Positions 13,050 to 26,009 of a DNA stretch of 64,000 bases are shown here, one piece after another. The translations under genes were made by a program, and so were the position numbers. Numbering within the stretch: the stretch's first letter is position 1; the number at the start of each line of letters is the position of its first letter. This DNA comes from Squalus acanthias (taxonomy: Eukaryota): positions 22,508,001 to 22,572,000 of the forward strand of contig CM059433.1 of NCBI GenBank assembly GCA_030390025.1, given 5' to 3'. The notes beneath the pieces were generated by a model. It ran no database searches. It had not been told where the DNA came from and saw only the letters and a list, made by a program, of their open reading frames with translations.

Positions 13050-14250
13050 GAAAAAGGAGTTGGGTGGTGGAAGAAGAGGGTTTTGAAAATTGTTTTGAAA
13101 GCAGGGAGGGAGGTGGCAAAGTGGAGGGAATGAGTAGAAATTTCCAAAGGACAGGAGTGTATCTGCCGAAGGAGTTGCCAGCAATGAAGGAGTAGAAGGA
13201 GTGAGTGTTGACAGGAAGTCTGGTTAGGGATGCAGAGGTTTCATGCAGAGATGAAAGGCAGCAGGAGAGTGCTAAGCTCAGGTAGATCCAAGCCAATGAC
13301 AAATTTGAAAACTGGGGTGAAAATTTTGAGGTCAACTTGCACAGGAAGCCAGTGTCATTTGAAGAGGACAGGGATGAGGGGAATATGGAGCCTGGCACAG
13401 ATGAAAACTCGGTTTGCAATGTTTCTGATGAGTTGGAGCTTGTGGAGGGTTGATGCGGGGAGGCCAGCTGGAAGGGAATTGGATAAGTCAAGCCTTGAGG
13501 TCAATAAGGCATGGCTAGGGTTTCAGTGGCATAAGAGGAGTGATAGGGGCAGAGGTGGGAAATGTTGCAGAGGTGGAAGAAAGTGGGGGCAGGAAGCTAA
13601 GCTCAGGGTTGAGCAGGTTGCCAAGGTTCTACACTTCCCGACATAGCCTGAAATGGCTGGCAAAGAGGTTGATGGACTTGAGGCCAGAAACGGAAGGTGC
13701 TGCTGAAGTGGATGGTCTTTGTTTTTCCCATGTTCACATGAAGGAGGTTTTGGCTTGTCAGACAGGTAATTTGATGGTGTGGCAACGACCTATGGATTAA
13801 TGGAGGACACAGCGAGTTATAGCTGGGTGGAAGCTGACCCCATGCTTCTTGATACCAGAAGATACCATGTAGATACTGAAAAGGAATGGGCCAAGGATGA
13901 ACTCTGGGGTCTCCTCGAGGTGGCAATACAAACAGAGGAGAAGGAGCTATTGGCAGCAATGTAATGAGTCATGTAGGAGCAGAATCAGGAGAGAGCAGTT
14001 GGGTGGACTGCAGAAGATAGATGTCAGAGGAGGATGGAATAGTCCACCATGCCGAAGGTGGCAGAGAAGTCACGGAGGATGAGGAGAGATAAGGAGCTAT
14101 GAACTTTGACCAGTGCAGCTTCAGTGGACAGGCCTAAGGCTATATTGGAGGACTCGACTAATGGGTGGTGGGAGAGATGGGAGCGTAGTTGTAAGGCAGC
14201 AACACATTCCAGGAATTTGGAGAGGAAGGATAGTTTTGAAATGGAAAGAA
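13050..14250 (-). mobile_element. Old L2 LINE fragment
   Basis: LSFLSKFLECVAA...STEAALVKV...LILRDFSATFGMVDYSILL resembles the L2 RT motifs LPFLSKILE, STETAL and DLSAAFDTVDH. Confidence 0.7.
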
Positions 14251-14253
14251 TTA

Positions 14254-14600
14254 ACTTACATTTATGCAGCATTATGTGCCAAAGCACATCACAGCCAATG
14301 AATTACTGTTGAAGTATAATTACTGTTGTTGTTATGTAAGCAAACATGACAGCAAAAGCCCAAAAACAGCAATGACATAATGACCAGTTCAGCTGCTTTG
14401 AGTGATGTTGATTGAGGGACACCAGGAGAACTCTATTGCTCACATCCGAATAGTGCCATGGGCTCTGTTACATCCACCTGAGCAGGCACACAGGTTTAAT
14501 GTCCTGTCAAAATGATGGCAGCTCCAAAATTGGAGTACTCCCTTAGTGTTGCACTGGGGTGTTAACCCAGATTGTGTGCTCAAGTTCTAAAGCTGACTCA
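14254..14600 (-). mobile_element. Degraded tRNA-derived SINE (SacSINE1/DeuSINE-like)
   Basis: Homologous to 45980-46432 and 60106-60533. Confidence 0.65.
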
Positions 14601-15051
14601 GAGGTGAAAGTGCTGACATAAATAGAGCAGCAGTTGGAGAGAGTGGAGAGGTTTAGGATGTACTACTTGAGGAGGGAGTATGAAACAAATTGAGGAAGGA
14701 AGGTTCAGGAGCATGAGGGAGGGAGTTCTGTAAGTTGACTGAGAGCAGTAGGTTAAACAGCTGTAAGCAGGGATGCTGAGACGCACTGCAGTAAGTTGAG
14801 AGGTTGGAGGGAAGCAAAGAATGGCATAGGAAAGGAAAGAGAGAAGAATGTGTGAAAAAGCAAACTGAAATAAACACAAGAAAAATTCTACTAGAAATGA
14901 ATTAAAATTAGTCATAAACAAAAGAATCACATTGAAATAGAAAAAAAATAAAACAAACAGTAACAATGAGACAGCCCCGACTGAAAGATGAAGTTAGCTG
15001 AGCGACTGGTGAGACTCAGCCCAGCAAAGTGAGACCACTAAAGAGCACTTC

Positions 15052-17957
15052 GGTGGGAATTTTAATGTGCAGGAGCTCGTGGGTTTGGGAACGGGTGGTG
15101 TGGGGGCGTTAAAACCGGGGAAACAGACAGCACATCGGGAAGTCAGCTACAACCCACCTACTTCCACCTTTCACTCATGTGCGCGCAATCCCCTCGGGAG
15201 AGGCAGGTTGTCAGTTAACATATGTTAATTGCTCAATTAGAGCAATATTTACACACACTTTTGAGTTTAACCTCGGGTCCATGGGTTTCCTAGGTTTCCT
15301 GAAACTCGCCAGTGAAAGTAAGGCGAGTACACAATGGCAATTGAGGGGGTTAATTCATCTCTTGGAAATATGGCAATAAATACTCAGTACTCACAACTAC
15401 TTTCTTACCTGTTAGTGGGGAAGGTACTTTTGCTGAGAGTTTAATTTCTACACTTTGGAGGTTTGTGCCATCATATCAGGATGGGTGGCGCTTTGGCTGT
15501 CTTAGATTGGACCTCAGATGAGGAACAGCATGACCAGCAGCAGCACCAGCAGCCTGCTGGTCGCAGACCTGTAGCTGCACCACATAGAAGGAAGAAGCAG
15601 AGAGGGAAGCAGCAGAGGGGTGCAGATCGCAGGAGGCACTACCCGTGAAACAGGGTCTACAGGCAGAGGCTGAGTTTCCTTGACATGTCTGAACAGCAGC
15701 CTTCTCAGGAGGCTCAGGTTGTCGCGTTAGGTGGTGGCAGATATCTGCAGCCCCCTAGAAGAAGACCTGCTCCCTGCTGGACCTGGTGGCCATGTGTTGC
15801 CAGTGATACACACTTCAAACTTGGCTGATGGCACCCATCGGATACCTGATCAATGAAGCGCAACAGTGCTATAATGAATTCCATATGACCACCTGATGTG
15901 TGATCAAACAAGCCATCGGCATGCCGAAAATGTGCTTCAGGAGCCTAGGCAGATCTGGAGGTGCCCTACAGTACGCACCAGCCAGGGTCGCCAGAATGGT
16001 TGTGGTTTGCTGTGCTCTGCTCAACATTGCCCAGCTGTGAGGTTTGGACCTGCAGGAGGAACAAGGCGAAGAGAGCAGATCTTTCTCGGATGATTCAGAG
16101 GGTGAGGAGGAGAAAGATGATGAGGAGGAAGATAATGAGGGCAATGCAACCGCAGCTGCTCATATTGCTGCCCGGGATGCCAAGGATCACTTATTCATGC
16201 AAGGTTCACTTAGGTTGCACCAGTGAACCCATGTCACAAGCACATGCAACGGCCACTCTTCCTGCTCCCCCCACCCACCCCCCCACCTCAAATGCCACGG
16301 ACACAAAACAGTCTTGAAAACAACCAGAAACCCCTTCAACATCCCCAACCCCCCCCCCCCACCCCCCACATTGGTCCCCATCAATTCATGTCTTCCCATT
16401 CATCATCAAACAAGTTAAAAAAGCAACATGCCACCCAGCACCCACGAATGGCCAAGACGAGAACGTGGTGCAAAAGAATAATATTTATGTGATCTAACTA
16501 AAGAACAGAAACTTAACAACACAATATTTTCTCATACACCCATGTGCATACCCTTGTGCAACTACATAGCCTTAATCTTCCTTTTCCTACAACTCCTGCG
16601 TGGTGCAACCCCTGAGCAGAGCTTGGCGAGGGCTGTGCCCTCTGACACAGTCTCTCCACTGCTGTCCCAGCCGCCGCCTGCTCTTGCTCACTTGTGAAGT
16701 GTGAGACACCAGGTGAAAACCCAAATATCTGGATATGAGTTCCCACCGAAGTGCGAGTATCTGAACTGGTACATGGTATGCATGAGGCTTGTGACATTGC
16801 ATCCTCAGAAGGACTCAGCTGCTCTGAGGAATCATCATCTGTGACCTTCAGCAATGCTTTCTGCATGCGTGAAGGCCCTATGGGAAATAAAAGACATGAA
16901 TTAGTCCTGGCAAGGTAAGAATGTTGCAAGTTATCATTATGAAGATTATCATATTTCACTCACTTTTGAAATCAAGTCAACATGACTGAGTATTGTATGA
17001 CATGTGGATGGCTAATATTTAATTCTGTCACCAGGTAGCTGGAAGGTCCCAATCTCCCCATCTCCAATGGCCAGGCACGCCGAGACTCCACTGATTTCCA
17101 ATGCCTCCTCCTCTATGCTTGTAAATTGGGAAAATGTGTAGAGGACCACTTCCAGTTCACCCCCTCTGCCTGGTGTTCTGTGCTCTCTTCTGTAAAAAGG
17201 GAAAGAAGAGACCTATGAGTGAGTGTAATGGCATGTGTTCATCCAATGGATGGACTGCATTTGGTGAGGGTGACTATGAGGGAGAGGCATGAAATTGCAT
17301 GAGGATGAGTGGGAGTGGTGAATGGCTAGATGGGGATTGGAGGAAATACATAGAAAGAGAAGGATGGGTGGGCGTGCAAAGTAAGTGGGTGTGAGGAGTA
17401 ATGTGATGGAGTAGGCTTGAGAAGGCAGAGTGAACGTTGGAGTGATGCACACGGCAGGATGTAGGTGAATGTACACGTGTACTCACCTTTACTGACCTGG
17501 TGAGGTCATTAAAACACTTCCTGCACTGAATTCAGGAGCGTGGCACCTTGGTGTCAGCAGCAGGTTTCTTCCTCCTATTGCTGGGGAATAGTATCCCTCT
17601 CCAACTCCTCACTGTCCCCAGCAGCACATCAAGGGAGGCATCATTAAAGAGGGGCGCAGCCTTTGAGCATCCTGATTCCATACTGATACTGCCTCCTCTG
17701 TTGCTTCCATCTCCAAGCTCCTGAAAATTGCATCTTTGGATTGGCCCTTTAAATACTGGACTTGAGATCACGTCATGCGGGTCCTCATCATGCCCGCTGT
17801 TGCTGATTGGACGGGAAATTAAAAGTAAAATGGTAATGAAGTGGCTGCATTAAAAAGCCACTGACAGATGCGCTGAACATACTTCCGGGTTTCCCACGCG
17901 ATATCGGAACCGTCCTCCTGTCTGCTCCAAGCGTATCTCCCAGTTAATATCAGGGCC
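15052..17957. mobile_element. Internally deleted Harbinger (family C): transposase remnant + at 15481-16213, Myb remnant - at ~16587-17681
   Basis: MGGALAVLDWTSDEE N-terminus, SGGALQY-like C-terminus, Myb exon 1 APLFNDASLDVLL...ILFP; right TIR taatatcagggcc. Confidence 0.85.
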
Positions 17958-18892
17958 TTAAAATCTGTAACAAAAACCAATCAAAGGAGATACAGCTACC
18001 ACTAAAGAGCCCCAGCTACCTGATATAGCTAGCAAAGCTCAAAGTAATGCTCAATTAGATGATGCACACTATCCTTACAGATACAAGGGTAACTGGCCAT
18101 ATAATTGGCAGTTTCTTAATCAGAGCGCCAATTTAGTTAATTATTCCCCGACTAATGCTGTAAAATTGTAAGTGATGTGCAACAGTTATATTTAACATGC
18201 CTAGTGAATGTTTATAACATGTGTAGTAATGTGATGCAATGAGCTTGGTAGATCAAACCAATTTTATCAGAGCATTATAAATATGCCTGAATATAATTAC
18301 TGCATGTATTTTTCAAGGGAGTAGAAAAATGAGGGCTTTGCACCAAGGCAAGAAAATAAAAATGGACGAAATTAATTCTGTACAGAGACATAAACAGTCG
18401 GTAAGCTGAGAGGACGGGACTGCCCTTTCTCAGTCCCACCTTTTTATGGCCTTACACCCATGTGGCTTGAAAACTGTAATGACCGTAGAAGCATTATGAT
18501 GATTAATTGCACGAAGTGTTAGCAAAATTGTTTTATTTCTAATGCAGCTGTAGATTTTACTAGTGCAACTGTGCCAGACATTTGGGCTTGATACAACAGC
18601 AATGAGGCATTGGGCTCAGGCACCATAGGTAGGCCGTTACTAAACTCTGCAATTTGACTGCACCGTTTCACCACAGCTAAGGAGCAAGAGCCGACAGAGG
18701 GGCTGGTGTGAGAAGAGCCAATGGATTCCTGGAAGCCACATTGCTGGATATAACTAGCTCGAGGGACATGTTTGTACAAACTTGAAAACATGAACTGTAT
18801 ATGTTGCTTTGATGGAGTGAACTGCATTTATACTTCAAGCTGTACATCACATAGATTTACATAGAATTTTACAGTGCAGAAACAGGTTATTC

Positions 18893-19679
18893 TGTAAGCC
18901 TTTCTCTTACTACTGTTGGGATCTCAAGAATTACGAATAAGCGTAGCAATGACAGACAAGTATTTGATCAATAAAATTGGTCTTTATTCACACTATAGTT
19001 CAATATTCAAGTGTATAATTGCAATCAATATGTGCCCAATTTACCCGTATGTAAAAGTACCCCCAGTAACTCATATGTTACCCCCTGGCAATTTATATCC
19101 CAAGTCAACCGTACATAAAAGTACCCTTTTAACAATATCTAAGCTTTATGTCCGACTTTCATACATACTCCTTTATCTCTGGGTGATCAGTCCAGAGAGA
19201 GTTGTAAGTCGAAACATAGACTGGCCAGCTTTCTCTGTTTGTCTGTTCTTCCGTTCTGTCTTCTTTGTTCCTTCTGTGTTCTGAATTTACCGCCCCTGGG
19301 TCACTCTTTATAGTGCCTTTCTGCCGGCCTCCCTCGTATATCACTGTCTGCCTCCCTCTGATAGGTCAGTTTCACTCCAAACCTTCCCTGATTGGAGTTC
19401 CTTCCGCATGACACGTTCATGTTCCTGTGAGGTGTGTGGGGGCGGGACTTCCTTGTCACTCCTGTTCATTCCTGTCCATGTGGCCTTTCAAACAAAGGAC
19501 CATGCTGACCACCAGGCAAAGGACCCCCTGTTGACTTCCACCATTTTGTGTCTTCACAAAAAAAGAACACATGCTGATTTCCTACATTTTGAATCCGTCT
19601 GTAACCATTTCACAATTCATTCTGAACTTCGATCTCCACAGGGTAGCAGTGGTTTTATTACAATTTTGAGAATCTTACA
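18893..19679 (-). mobile_element. Solo LTR (ERV- or Gypsy-type), 787 bp
   Basis: Termini TGTAAG...CTTACA; 4-bp TSD ATTC (18889-18892 and 19680-19683) splitting a CR1 tail. On the minus strand CCAAT (~19392), TATAAA (~19310) and AATAAA (~18985) occur in promoter-to-polyA order. Confidence 0.85.
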
Positions 19680-20065
19680 ATTCGGTCCAACAGATCTGTG
19701 CCAGTGTTTATGCTCCACACGAGCCTCCTCCCATCTTATTTCATCTAACCCTATCAACATAACCTTCTATTCATTTCTCCCTCATGTACTTATCGAGCTG
19801 CCCCTTAAATGCATCTATGCTATTCACCTCAACCTCTCCATGTGGTAGCGAGTTCCGCATTCTCACCACTCTCTGAGTAAAATGTTTCTCCTGGATTCCC
19901 TATTGGATTTATTAGTGACTATCTTATATTTATGGCGCCTAATTTTGGACTCCCCACAAGTGGAAACATCTTCTCCACCTCTACCCCATCGAAACCCTTC
20001 ATAATTGTAAAGACCATTATCAGGTCACCTCTCAGTCTTCACTTTTCAGGAGAAAAGAACTTGCA
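19680..20065 (-). mobile_element. CR1 LINE 3' fragment (tail continues at 18850-18892)
   Basis: Same sequence family as the CR1 3' ends at 49468-50375. Confidence 0.75.
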
Positions 20066-20140
20066 GTTCAATTTTTGCCCCTGATTTTTGGACAATGATC
20101 GAACAGACTTATTGGCCTGGATGTTAATGTGCAGGAGCAC

Positions 20141-20640
20141 GTGGGTTTGGGAGCGGGTGGGTTTGGGAGCGGGTGGGTTTGGGAGCGGGTGGGTTTGGGA
20201 GCGGGTGGGTTTGGGAGCAGGTGGGTTTGGGAGCGGGTGGGTTTGGGAGTGAGTGGTTTTGAGAGTGGGTGGGTTTGGGAGTGGGTGGGTTTGGGAGTGG
20301 GTGGGTTTGGGAGCGGGTGGATTTGGGAGCAGGTGGGTTTGGGAGCGGGTGAGTTTGGGAGTGAGTGGTTTTGAGAGTGGGTGGGTTTGGGAGTGGGTGG
20401 GTTTGGGAGTGGGTGGGTTTGGGAGCGGGTGGATTTGGGAGCAGGTGGGTTTGGGAGCGGGTGAGTTTGGGAGCGGGTGGGTTTGGGAGTGAGTGGTTTT
20501 GAGAGTGGGTGGGTTTGGGAGTGGGTGGGTTTGGGAGTGGGTGGGTTTGGGAGTGGGTGGGTTTGGGAGCGGGTGGGTTTGGGAGCGGGTGGGTTTGGGA
20601 GCGGGTGGGTTTGGGAGTGGCTGGGTTTGAGGGTGGGTGA
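20141..20640 (+). repeat. 16-bp G-rich minisatellite (GGGTGGGTTTGGGAGY)n, ~31 units
   Basis: Directly visible; variant unit gagtggttttgagagt recurs at 20251, 20363 and 20491. Confidence 0.95.
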
Positions 20641-21092
20641 GTGGTTAAAACCAGCGAAATTGACAGCATGTCGGGAAGCCGGTTCCAACCCGTTGACTTC
20701 CACATTTGATTGCAGCGCGTTAGGCTGCATGCGAGCAACCCTCTCGGGAGAGGCGGGTTGCCAATTAACATATGATAATCCCTTAATTAAAGCGATATTG
20801 ACATTGATTTTACAGTATAACTTTAGGTCCACAGGTTTCCTGGGCTTCCTGGAACTCGCCAGTGAAAGCAAGGTGAGTGCACCGCAGCAGTTGGGGGGCT
20901 GAAGCAATATGCCAGGGAAATATGCCAATAAATACTCGGTGCACACAGCTGCTTTCTTAGCTGCTTGTGGGAAAGGGTTTGTTCACTGTACTTGTGCTGA
21001 GAGGTTACTTTACACACTTTGGAGGTTTCTCCAACAATTTGGAGGATTGGAGGTCTGATCTGCACTTTGGAGCTCTGATCTATCAGATCAGC

Positions 21093-21838
21093 ATGGGTGC
21101 CGCTAATACTGCCTTAGATTGGAAGTCAGATGAGGACCAAGATGACCAGCAACAACAGCAGCAGCAGTTTGCTGGTCACAGACCTGTAGATCCACAGGAG
21201 AGAGGGGATCAGCAGAGAGGTGCAGCTTGCAGGAGGCCATTGCTGGCACACATGGTCGACAGGCAGAGGATAAGCTTCCTCGACATGTCTGAACACCAGT
21301 GTCTCAGGAGGCTAAGGATGTCGTGTCAGGTGGTGGCAGACATCTGCAGCCTGCTGAAAGAAGACCTGCTGCCAGCTGGACTTGGTGGTCACGCTTTACC
21401 AGTGGCTGTCAAAGTCACCACCGCCCTCGACTCTTTTGCCTCTGGATCCTTCCAGGGCTCTGTCGGAGACATTTGCAGGATCTCCCAGTCGGCGTCACAC
21501 AAATGTATACGACAGGTGACTGATGGCTTGTTTGCCAGGGCCACCAATTATGTCAACTTTGCCTGTGATGATGCCAGTCAGAATGAGCTGGAGCTTATCT
21601 TTGCGGCACTGACTGGCTTCCCACAGGTGCAGGCGTCATCGACTGTACACACGTGGCAATTAAGGTACCCATAGATCATCCAGGAGTGTTCGTCAACTGC
21701 AAGGGCTTCCACTCCATCAATGTGCAGCTGGTGTGCAACCACAAAAAGATCTTTATGCAGATGTGCTCAAGATTCCTGGGCAGCTGCCATGATGCTTTCG
21801 TACTGCGGTAGTCCACCCTTTTAGACGTCTTAGCTCCT
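21093..21838 (+). pseudogene. Harbinger transposase, 3'-truncated and frameshifted
   Basis: SFLDMSEHQCLRRLRMS...PVAVKVTTALDSFASGSFQ...GFPQVQ, then [14 protein letters not shown] and PGSCHDAF. Confidence 0.85.
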
Positions 21839-23094
21839 GTGACGGTGCACCTTCAGAGGGATTGAGCTCCTTTGAGGAGAATGATTGCTGCGTCCGTGAC
21901 GACCCTGTGGGTTATAAAAGGCATGAATGAGTACTGGCAAGGTAAGAATGTTGCAAGTTATCATTATGAAGATGATCATATTTCACTCGCTGTTGACATT
22001 GAATCAACGTGACTGAGTGTTATATGACACGTGGCTGTCTGATATTTAATTCTGCCACCAGATAGCTGGGAGGCCCCCATCTCCCCATCTCCGACTGCCA
22101 GGTACGCAGAGACTCTGCTGATCTCCAGCGCCTCCTCCTCTGCAGTTGTTAATTGCAAGATGTCTGGAGGGCCACCTCTGGTTCTCTCCCTCTCCCTGAT
22201 GGTCTCTGCTCTCTTCTCCTGCAAGGAGGGAAAGAAGAGACATATGAGTAAGAGTAATGGCATGTGTTCCCCCGGTGAATGGAGTGCATTTGTTAAGGGT
22301 GACTATGAGGGAGACGCATGTCATTGCATAAGGATCAGGGTGAGTGTCAGTGGTGGATGGATAGATGGGGATGTGAGGAAGTGCATAGACAGAGAGAGAT
22401 TAGTGCACCTGCATGGTAAGTTGGCAAGAGGAGTGATGTGCTGCAGTAGGCTTGAGAAGGCAGAGTGAGGAGGTTGGGGTGATACGCACATCAGGATATA
22501 GGTGAATGTGCCACCTTTCCTGCCCTGGTTAGGTCATTGAACCATTTCCTGCATTGGATACAGGAGAGTGGCACCACACTCCTGCTGGGTCCTCACATCC
22601 AGGGAGGCGTCTGTGAAGCGGGGAACAGCCTTTGGATGTCTCACTACTTCCATTTCTGATCTTCCTTCTCTTTCTTCCCAACTCCAACTCCTTCAATTCG
22701 CATGTTTGGATTGTCCCTCTAAATACTAGAGTTCAGATCGCGTCATGCGGGTCGTCATCACGTCCGCTGATGCTGATTGGACAGGAAACTTGGAAATAAA
22801 ATGCTAATGGAGTGAGTACGTGAAAAATCCATTGACAGACGCGCTTAACATATTTCTGGATTTCCCACGTGCTATCCACCCTTTCCCCCCCCCTCCGCCC
22901 CTCTCCCAACCGCCTGCACATTCAAATCCAGCCCATTGTTCAGAAGTGATTATATGTTAATGATTTAATCTCTGTGTGAGTGTGCTTTGTGTTCAGTGAC
23001 GTTGTCCAGCCATAGAGTCAGGTCAATCAGTGTACACAAATGTGTATAATGTTGATTCCCTATTGCAGATCTAAGGCATAAATGATAAAGAATG

Positions 23095-23266
23095 AAATAA
23101 CTTGCAGTTGCAGAACACATTTCATACCTCAGGATGCCCCAAGGTTATTCACACCCAATTCATTATTTTTGAACTGTAGTCACTGTTTCAAAGTAGGGAA
23201 ACACAGCAGCCAATTTGTGCACAGCAAGATTCCACAAACAGCAATGAGATAAATGATCAGATAATT
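23095..23266 (-). mobile_element. SINE 3' part (SacSINE1/DeuSINE-like), interrupted by the Harbinger at 23267; resumes briefly at 25978-26008
   Basis: Matches 45980-46180. Confidence 0.7.
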
Positions 23267-25977
23267 GGGGGGAATTTTAATGCCCCAAGAATGAGTGAGT
23301 TGGGAGCAGGTGGGGGTTGATTATTAGAGCAGGAGCGCAACCCGGCTCCAATGTGCCCACTTCCGGGTTTAACGGACTCACGTTTGGATGCCGGCGAGAA
23401 ATCTACACTCCAAAGTCAGGGATTTCCTAATTGGACGTGGGCGGGAACCGATTGGCTCAATTAAAGTCCTTGGGAGACATTAATGAGCTCTTCACAAATT
23501 GTTTTTAAATTGGCTCAAAATTAACTTGAGCAGCATGGGATTCCCGGGGCTCAAGAAACTGAACAGGGAAATGGAGGCGAGTTTAAGCAGCAGTTCAAGT
23601 GGGTATTTAAACTTGCCATTGTCCCATCTGAATAAAAGTTCACTTATTGCAGATGGTGTCTCAGTTCCCTCTGCCAAAAGTTTGCCAGAGAGTGCTTGTG
23701 TGGATACAGTTGTTTTCAGATTGAGGATTTCAAATTGATAAGAGTAGGATGGGAGGCGTGTTGGATGTGTCTGACAGCACATCAGAAGAGGAAGACCATC
23801 ACCATCCACGGCAGCAACGACGTGCTATTGTGCGATCAGCATGTGAACAGGAGGGAGGTGCACAGGAGGGAGGGGCACAGGAGAGAGGGGCACAGGAGGG
23901 AGGTGCACAGGAGGGAGGTGCACAGGAGGGAGGGGCACAGGAGAGTGGTGCACAGGAGAGAGGGGCACAGGAGAGGGGCACAGGAGAGAGGGGCACAGGA
24001 GAGAGGGGCACAGGAGAGAGGGGCACAGGAGGGAGGGGCACAGGAGAGAGGGGCACAGGAGAGAGGTGCACAGGAGAGAGGGGCACAGGAGAGAGGTGCA
24101 CAGGAGGGAGATACACAGTAGAGGGGTGCACAGGAGAGAGGTGCACAGGAGGGAGGTACACAGAAAGGAGTTGCAGATTAGAGAGGTGAACAGGAGAGGG
24201 GCAAGGTCACAGGAGGCCCTACCCATGTCACAGTGTATACAGACAACAGGTGAGAATTGGGAGTGCTTTGAGTGGAGTTCCCACTCCCATATTTCCTTTT
24301 GCCATCATTCCTCTGCTGGGCCAGCGCCACATCACTTCTACCACACTGCTGCAGACCATTTGGTGATCAGTGACACGCATTGTAAGGTATTTGTCATCCT
24401 GTTTAAGGCGGCAGACAAGTTGGCCGTGGTTGTGGCCTGCATGGAATCATTTGAGAGCTGTGCTTGAAGCTCCATTGAGGCAGCCACTCTCTCCATGGCA
24501 GACATTCTCACAATTCCCTGCGAGTTGGACTCCTCCATCCGCTCCACTTTGTAGGGAGTGTGCGTGGCACCTCTGTCAGAACCTGGCTAAGTTGCTGATG
24601 CATCTCTAGCATTCTCCTTCTCAATCTATAGCCCCTGGGGTTCAGCATCTGTGTCCAGCTGAGCAGAGCTTGGAGAGGATTGCTCACCCCCTGATGGGGA
24701 TTCTCCACAGCTGTCCCTGCCACCAGTGTCTGCTCGTGCTCACTTGTGAGGTGTGAATCACCAGATGAAAACCCAACTAACTCTCTTAACTGAACCCACC
24801 AAAGTGCGAGTATCTGGACTGGTGCATGGCTGTAGGTCCTGTGATGGTGCACCCTCAGAGGGAATGAGCTCCTCTGAGGAATCATCCTCATGGATGTCCT
24901 GCGACACTTGCTGCACATGTGAAGGCCCTGGATGACAAAAGAAAGGGGCATGATTTTGTCATGGCAAAGTCACAATCTTTACAATCACCATACTCAGTCT
25001 TCTCATAGTTCAGTCATTGAGGAAATAAAGTCAGCATATGTTTGTCAGAGATATTTGTAATTCTGTCACCAGCTATCTGATGTAGAGGGATGCAGATGTG
25101 ACACTTATCCCAGGGTATTCTCCTCTGCATCGGTGAGCTGGACTATTTGTGGCGGGCCACCTCCAGTCCTGTCCCTCTCCCTTGCGTTTTGCTCTCTCTT
25201 CTCCTACAAGGGGCAAAAAAAAAGACCTGTGAGTGAGTGAAGGTCATGTATTCACCTAATGGATGCAATGCATTCGGTGACGGTGACTATGAGGCACATG
25301 CATAAGGATTGGGGCGAGTGTCAACGGTGGATGGATAAATGAGGAAGTGATGAAGTGCATAGGAAGTGAAGGCTGGATGCTGCTGAAAGTTGAGTAGGTG
25401 TGAGGAACGATGTGATGGAGAACGCTTGGCAAGACAGAGTGAAAGGGGACAGGGGTTAAATCACAGGATGTAGGTGAATCAGCAACTGCACTCACTTTTC
25501 CTGACCTGGTTAGGTCATTAAACCAGTTTCTACATTGCATCCAAGACCGGGGCACAACGCTCCTGTTGCTGACCTCCTCAGCCTCCTCCAGCCACGCCTT
25601 CTTGGTGAGAGCTGCAGGTTTCTTCCTCCCATTGCTGGGGATTCTTATATCCCTCCTCCTCCCCCTACTGTGCCCAGCAATAATTCCAGGAAAGCATCAT
25701 TGAAGCTGGGTGCTGCCCTTGCTCTCTGTCCACCATCCATCCTGAACACCTCCAATTTCCATTTGTGCACCGTCCCTTTACATACATCTGAGATTGCGTC
25801 ATGTGGGAGCGCATGACACCCACTGCGCAGCTTGGAGACGCAAAACCCGGAATTCAAAATTAATTGGTACAATTCAGTTGCGATCTCAAATTCTGTCCTG
25901 CTCAGTTGACTTCTGGGTTTCTCCCACGCAATTCCATCCCCCTGCTCGGAAGTCGCCTTCATATTAATATCAGGGCC
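23267..25977. mobile_element. Internally deleted Harbinger: transposase N-terminus only (+, from 23749) and Myb remnant (-, ~24260-25740)
   Basis: Left end ggggggaattttaat, right end attaatatcagggcc, flanks ATT and AAT; Myb RARAAPSFNDAFLELLL and SWMQCRNWFNDLTRSGK. Confidence 0.85.
23848..24215 (+). repeat. 15-bp minisatellite (CAGGAGAGAGGGGCA)n, more than 20 units, inside the transposase N-terminal coding region
   Basis: Directly visible; translates as [10 protein letters not shown] repeats in frame with the ATG at 23749. Confidence 0.95.
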
Positions 25978-26009
25978 AATCTCTCTCTAGTGTTGTTGCT
26001 TGAGGGAAA

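Larger units (their letters stand above)
20114..22934. mobile_element. Internally deleted Harbinger (family C) with both TIRs
   Basis: TIR ggcctggatgttaatgtgcagg / cctgcacattcaaatccagccc, TSD ATT. Transposase 5' two-thirds at 21093-21838 (+) joined directly to a Myb remnant at 21840-22652 (-). Confidence 0.9.

Noticed and set aside
12868..13491. 207-aa serine-rich ORF
   Set aside because: It spans an old L2 fragment and a MITE boundary; a chance open frame.
19283..19296. 14-bp reverse-complement match (gaatttaccgcccc) to the right end of the 31-35 kb Harbinger, as a possible distant left TIR
   Set aside because: It sits inside the solo LTR with no TSD or further homology, and the LINE continuity already defines the insertion; most likely chance.
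20068..20946. 292-aa proline-rich (extensin-like) ORF and overlapping ORFs
   Set aside because: These are translations of the 16-bp minisatellite, open in several frames.
23799..24226. Minus-strand PLSPV/CPSLL repeat ORFs
   Set aside because: Antisense readings of the 15-bp minisatellite.
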